32,905 nt of DNA, from positions 9,141-42,045 of the forward strand of contig MU058307.1 in the NCBI GenBank assembly GCA_013265495.1. The letters are read 5' to 3'. Below the pieces are notes generated by a model. The model worked only from the letters and a program-made list of their open reading frames with translations, was not told the origin of the DNA and did not search any database. This stretch comes from Vicugna vicugna (lineage: Eukaryota). Both the position numbers and the translations under genes were made by a program. Positions 30,050 to 32,905 of the stretch are shown here, piece after piece. Position 1 is the stretch's first letter. Every line of letters starts with the position of its first letter.

Positions 30050-32705
30050 TTCCCTTTGCTTATCTATAAACTCCCACTCCAGCAGTGAAACACCTGGCTC
30101 CCTTTATTTGTCACCTATTTATAGACTTGTTCCACCCCATTGTACTTGCACAACAGTATCAGATTTTCACCCTACTTCCGTGGGAAACAAGTTCATGAAC
30201 TATGGAGCATACATATATGCAGTTTCTTTGCCTTTTTACAGACTATACTTGTTTCCAAAGTTACATAGGTCAGCATTTTCCCCCACATTCATTTCAGTGC
30301 AATAGTTTAATACATTTGTAATATAATTAGATTGTTTTGGCCACAGTCTGCATTCTTTCCTGGGATCCCCAATATATATATTATATATATATATAATTTG
30401 CACATATCAAAGTTCACTCTGTTCTCTTAAGTTCTGTGGGTTTTGAGAAACACAAGTCCTGTTTCCAGTGCTGCAGTAACTATACAGAATGTTTTCACTA
30501 CCTTAAAAGTCCTCTATGCATCACCAGTTCATCTCTCCTTCAAACCCCCAAACACCTGGAAACCCAAACCACTTCAGTGTCTTTAAAGCTTTGTCTTTTC
30601 CAGAATGTCAAATAATTGGAATTATAGAATTTGTACCCTTTTTCTACTGGCTTCTTTCACTTAGCAGTATACACTTAAGTTTCCTTCATGTCTTTTCATG
30701 GCTTGGTAACTTACTGCTTTTTAATAACTAAATTACTTTAATTGCTAAATTGCATTACATGGATTTACAGTTTATCTATTCAGTTCTTGAACAGCATATG
30801 TTGGTAGCTTTAAGTTTTGGGTGATTATGAATAAAACTGCTATGAACGTTAGCATGCATGTTTTTGTGTGAGCATAATTTTTCAAAGCAATTGAGAAAAT
30901 ATCACACGATGCATTTTCTGGATTATATGGCAAGACTATGTTTAACTTTGTAAGAGACTGCCAACCTGTCTGCCAGTGTGGTTCTACCATTTTGTAATCC
31001 CACCAGCAATGAATAAGAGTTCTTATTCTACATCCTTGCCAGGATGTGGCATTGTTAGTTTTTGGAATTTAAATCTTTTAAATAGGTGTGTATTAGTATC
31101 TTGTACTTGTTTTAATTTGAAATTCCCTGAAAAGAAATGATGAAATGAATTTTATATGCTTATTTTCCGTCTACATATCTTTATTGGTGAAGGTGTCTGT
31201 CAAATAATTTGCCCATTTTTATTGGAGTTATTTGCTTTCTTACTGTTGTGTTTTTACTTATTTCTTGTATATTTTGGATGAAGATTCTTTTTCATATGTC
31301 TTTTGTGCATATATTTTCTCCCAATCCATTACTGTCAATTCGTTCTTTTAACAATGTCTTTCATGGAGGTTTTTAGTTTAATAAAGTCTGATTTATCAAT
31401 CTACCAATTTACTTCCATGAATCATGATTTTGCTATTGTATTTAAAACCTTATTGCCACACTCAAGATTACATTGATTTTTTTCTTCTCTAAGTTTACAT
31501 ATTGTATTTTATACTTATGCCTCTGATCTTTATTGAGTTAATTATTGTGAAATGGGTAAGTTCTGTGTCTGTTTAACTTTTTTTGCATAGTGATGTTCAA
31601 TTATTCCTGTGCCATTTGTTGAAAAGATTATCCTTCCTCCACTGATTTTTTTTTCCTCCATCAAGAACTAATGACTGTACTTGCAGACTAATGACTGGCA
31701 GTGTCCTATTTTGGGCTCTCTATTCGAGTCCACTGATCTATATGTCTATTCTTTTACCAGTCCCATGGTCTCTGGATTACTGTAGATTTTTATGTTTGTT
31801 TGTTTAAGTTTTTGTTTATCAATTTTTCCAGGTGGGGGGCAGAAATTAGGTTTACTTATTTATTTATTTTAATGGAGGTACTGGGAATTGAACTCAGGAC
31901 TTTTGCATGCTAGGCATGCACTTTACCACTGAGCTACATCCTCCCTCTGGATTGCTGTAGCTTTTATAGTAAGGATTCAAATCAGATCGTGCCAGTGCTC
32001 CAACTTTGTTCTTCTTTGGTGTCATATTGGATATTCCGGGTCTTTAGATTATACACATACATTTTAGAATATTTGTTGATATCTCCAACACAAATTACTG
32101 GGTTTGGGTTAGAATTGCCTTGAATGTATATGTAAAAATGGGGAGAATTTATGTCTTAACAATATTGAGTCTTTCAGTACACAAACATGAATTACCTCTC
32201 CATGTATTTAGACTGTTTTTGATTTCTTTCACCAGAGTTCTTAGCTTTCCATATCTAGATTCTGTACATATTTTGTTAATATTATACCAAAGTATTAAAA
32301 ATTTTGGTACTGTTATAAATAATGATGTTTTGAATTTCAAATTAGAATTGTTCATTACTGGTACATATAGAAAAATGGAATTTTGTATAATAACTTTGTA
32401 TCAAGTGACCTTTCTATAATCATTTATGAGTTCCAGCACTATTTTTTGCGAATTTTGTAAGATTTTTTATGTAAACAATCATGTCTTTTCTGAACAAATA
32501 GAGTATTATTTCTTTCTTCCTAATTTGTATACTTTGTTTATTTCTTGTCTTGGATCATCCTTGCGTTATTCTTGATGTTAGGGGAAAATCATCTACTTTC
32601 TAACAATTAAGGATGATATTGGCTATAGGTCTTTTTTAAGATGTTCTTTACCAAATTGAGGAATCTTTCCTCTATTCTTAGTTTGCTGAGAGTTTTTTTA
32701 ATCAT
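30050..32705 (-). mobile_element. Old L1 (L1M-type) LINE remnant, ORF2 3' part and 3' UTR, antisense
   Basis: T-rich + strand. Minus-strand peptide KLRTLVKEIKNSLNTWRGNSCLCTERLNIVKT (32149-32355) resembles L1 ORF2 [30 protein letters not shown]. Boundaries approximate. Confidence 0.85.
31786..31944 (-). mobile_element. tRNA-derived SINE (camelid Vic-1-like) nested in L1, with 16-bp TSD
   Basis: Reverse complement GGGAGGATGTAGCTCAGTGGTAAAGTGCATGCCTAGCATGCAAAAGTCCTGAGTTCAATTCCCAGTACCTCC-(TAAA)n has A and B boxes; flanked by CTCTGGATT(A/G)CTGTAG at 31770-31785 and 31945-31960. Confidence 0.85.
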
Positions 32706-32905
32706 AGACACTAACCTACTGAGGTTAATCAGATCATAACTGACTTGGAGGGAACAAAATATTCAGCTCCAGCCCTCTTTAGCCTTACACATGGGGGGAA
32801 GGGAAATACTCAATTTTAGTTCCCTCTAGTCATTTGGCCCCTTCCCTAAAGAGGGGAGGGGCTCTGAGATATACTAATAAAGGTCACAGCCCAGGGGAAC
32901 AGTCT

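Noticed and set aside
31870..31944. Possible tRNA gene on the minus strand
   Set aside because: It is followed by an A-rich tail and flanked by a TSD, so it is a SINE head rather than a functional tRNA.

Overview
Mammalian genomic DNA, probably camelid judging from a tRNA-derived SINE resembling the camelid Vic-1 type. The + strand carries the whole coding span of DCTN1 (dynactin subunit 1, p150Glued). All 32 expected coding exons are present with GT-AG boundaries from ATG 1951 to TAA 21737-21739, together with the p135 alternative start (MMRQAPTARK, 7575) and AATAAA at 22028. The locus is structurally abnormal. Exon 1 has a 16-nt frameshifting micro-duplication, and six head-to-tail tandem duplications of about 137-600 bp hit the p135 5' region, exons 11/12, 13, 14, 19 and 28-30. 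The copies differ by about 1-4% in substitutions, their exonic differences are mostly synonymous, and every junction has a 1-2 nt non-templated filler (usually one A). This could be real exon duplication, a mosaic of two diverged DCTN1 copies, or a scaffolding artefact; the sequence alone cannot decide. Downstream lie MIR/L2 relics, a TMEM238 processed pseudogene with poly(A) tail (~29450-29999), and an antisense L1 remnant interrupted by a SINE with a 16-bp target-site duplication. Exon numbering and comparisons to human proteins come from recalled sequences, not from a database search.
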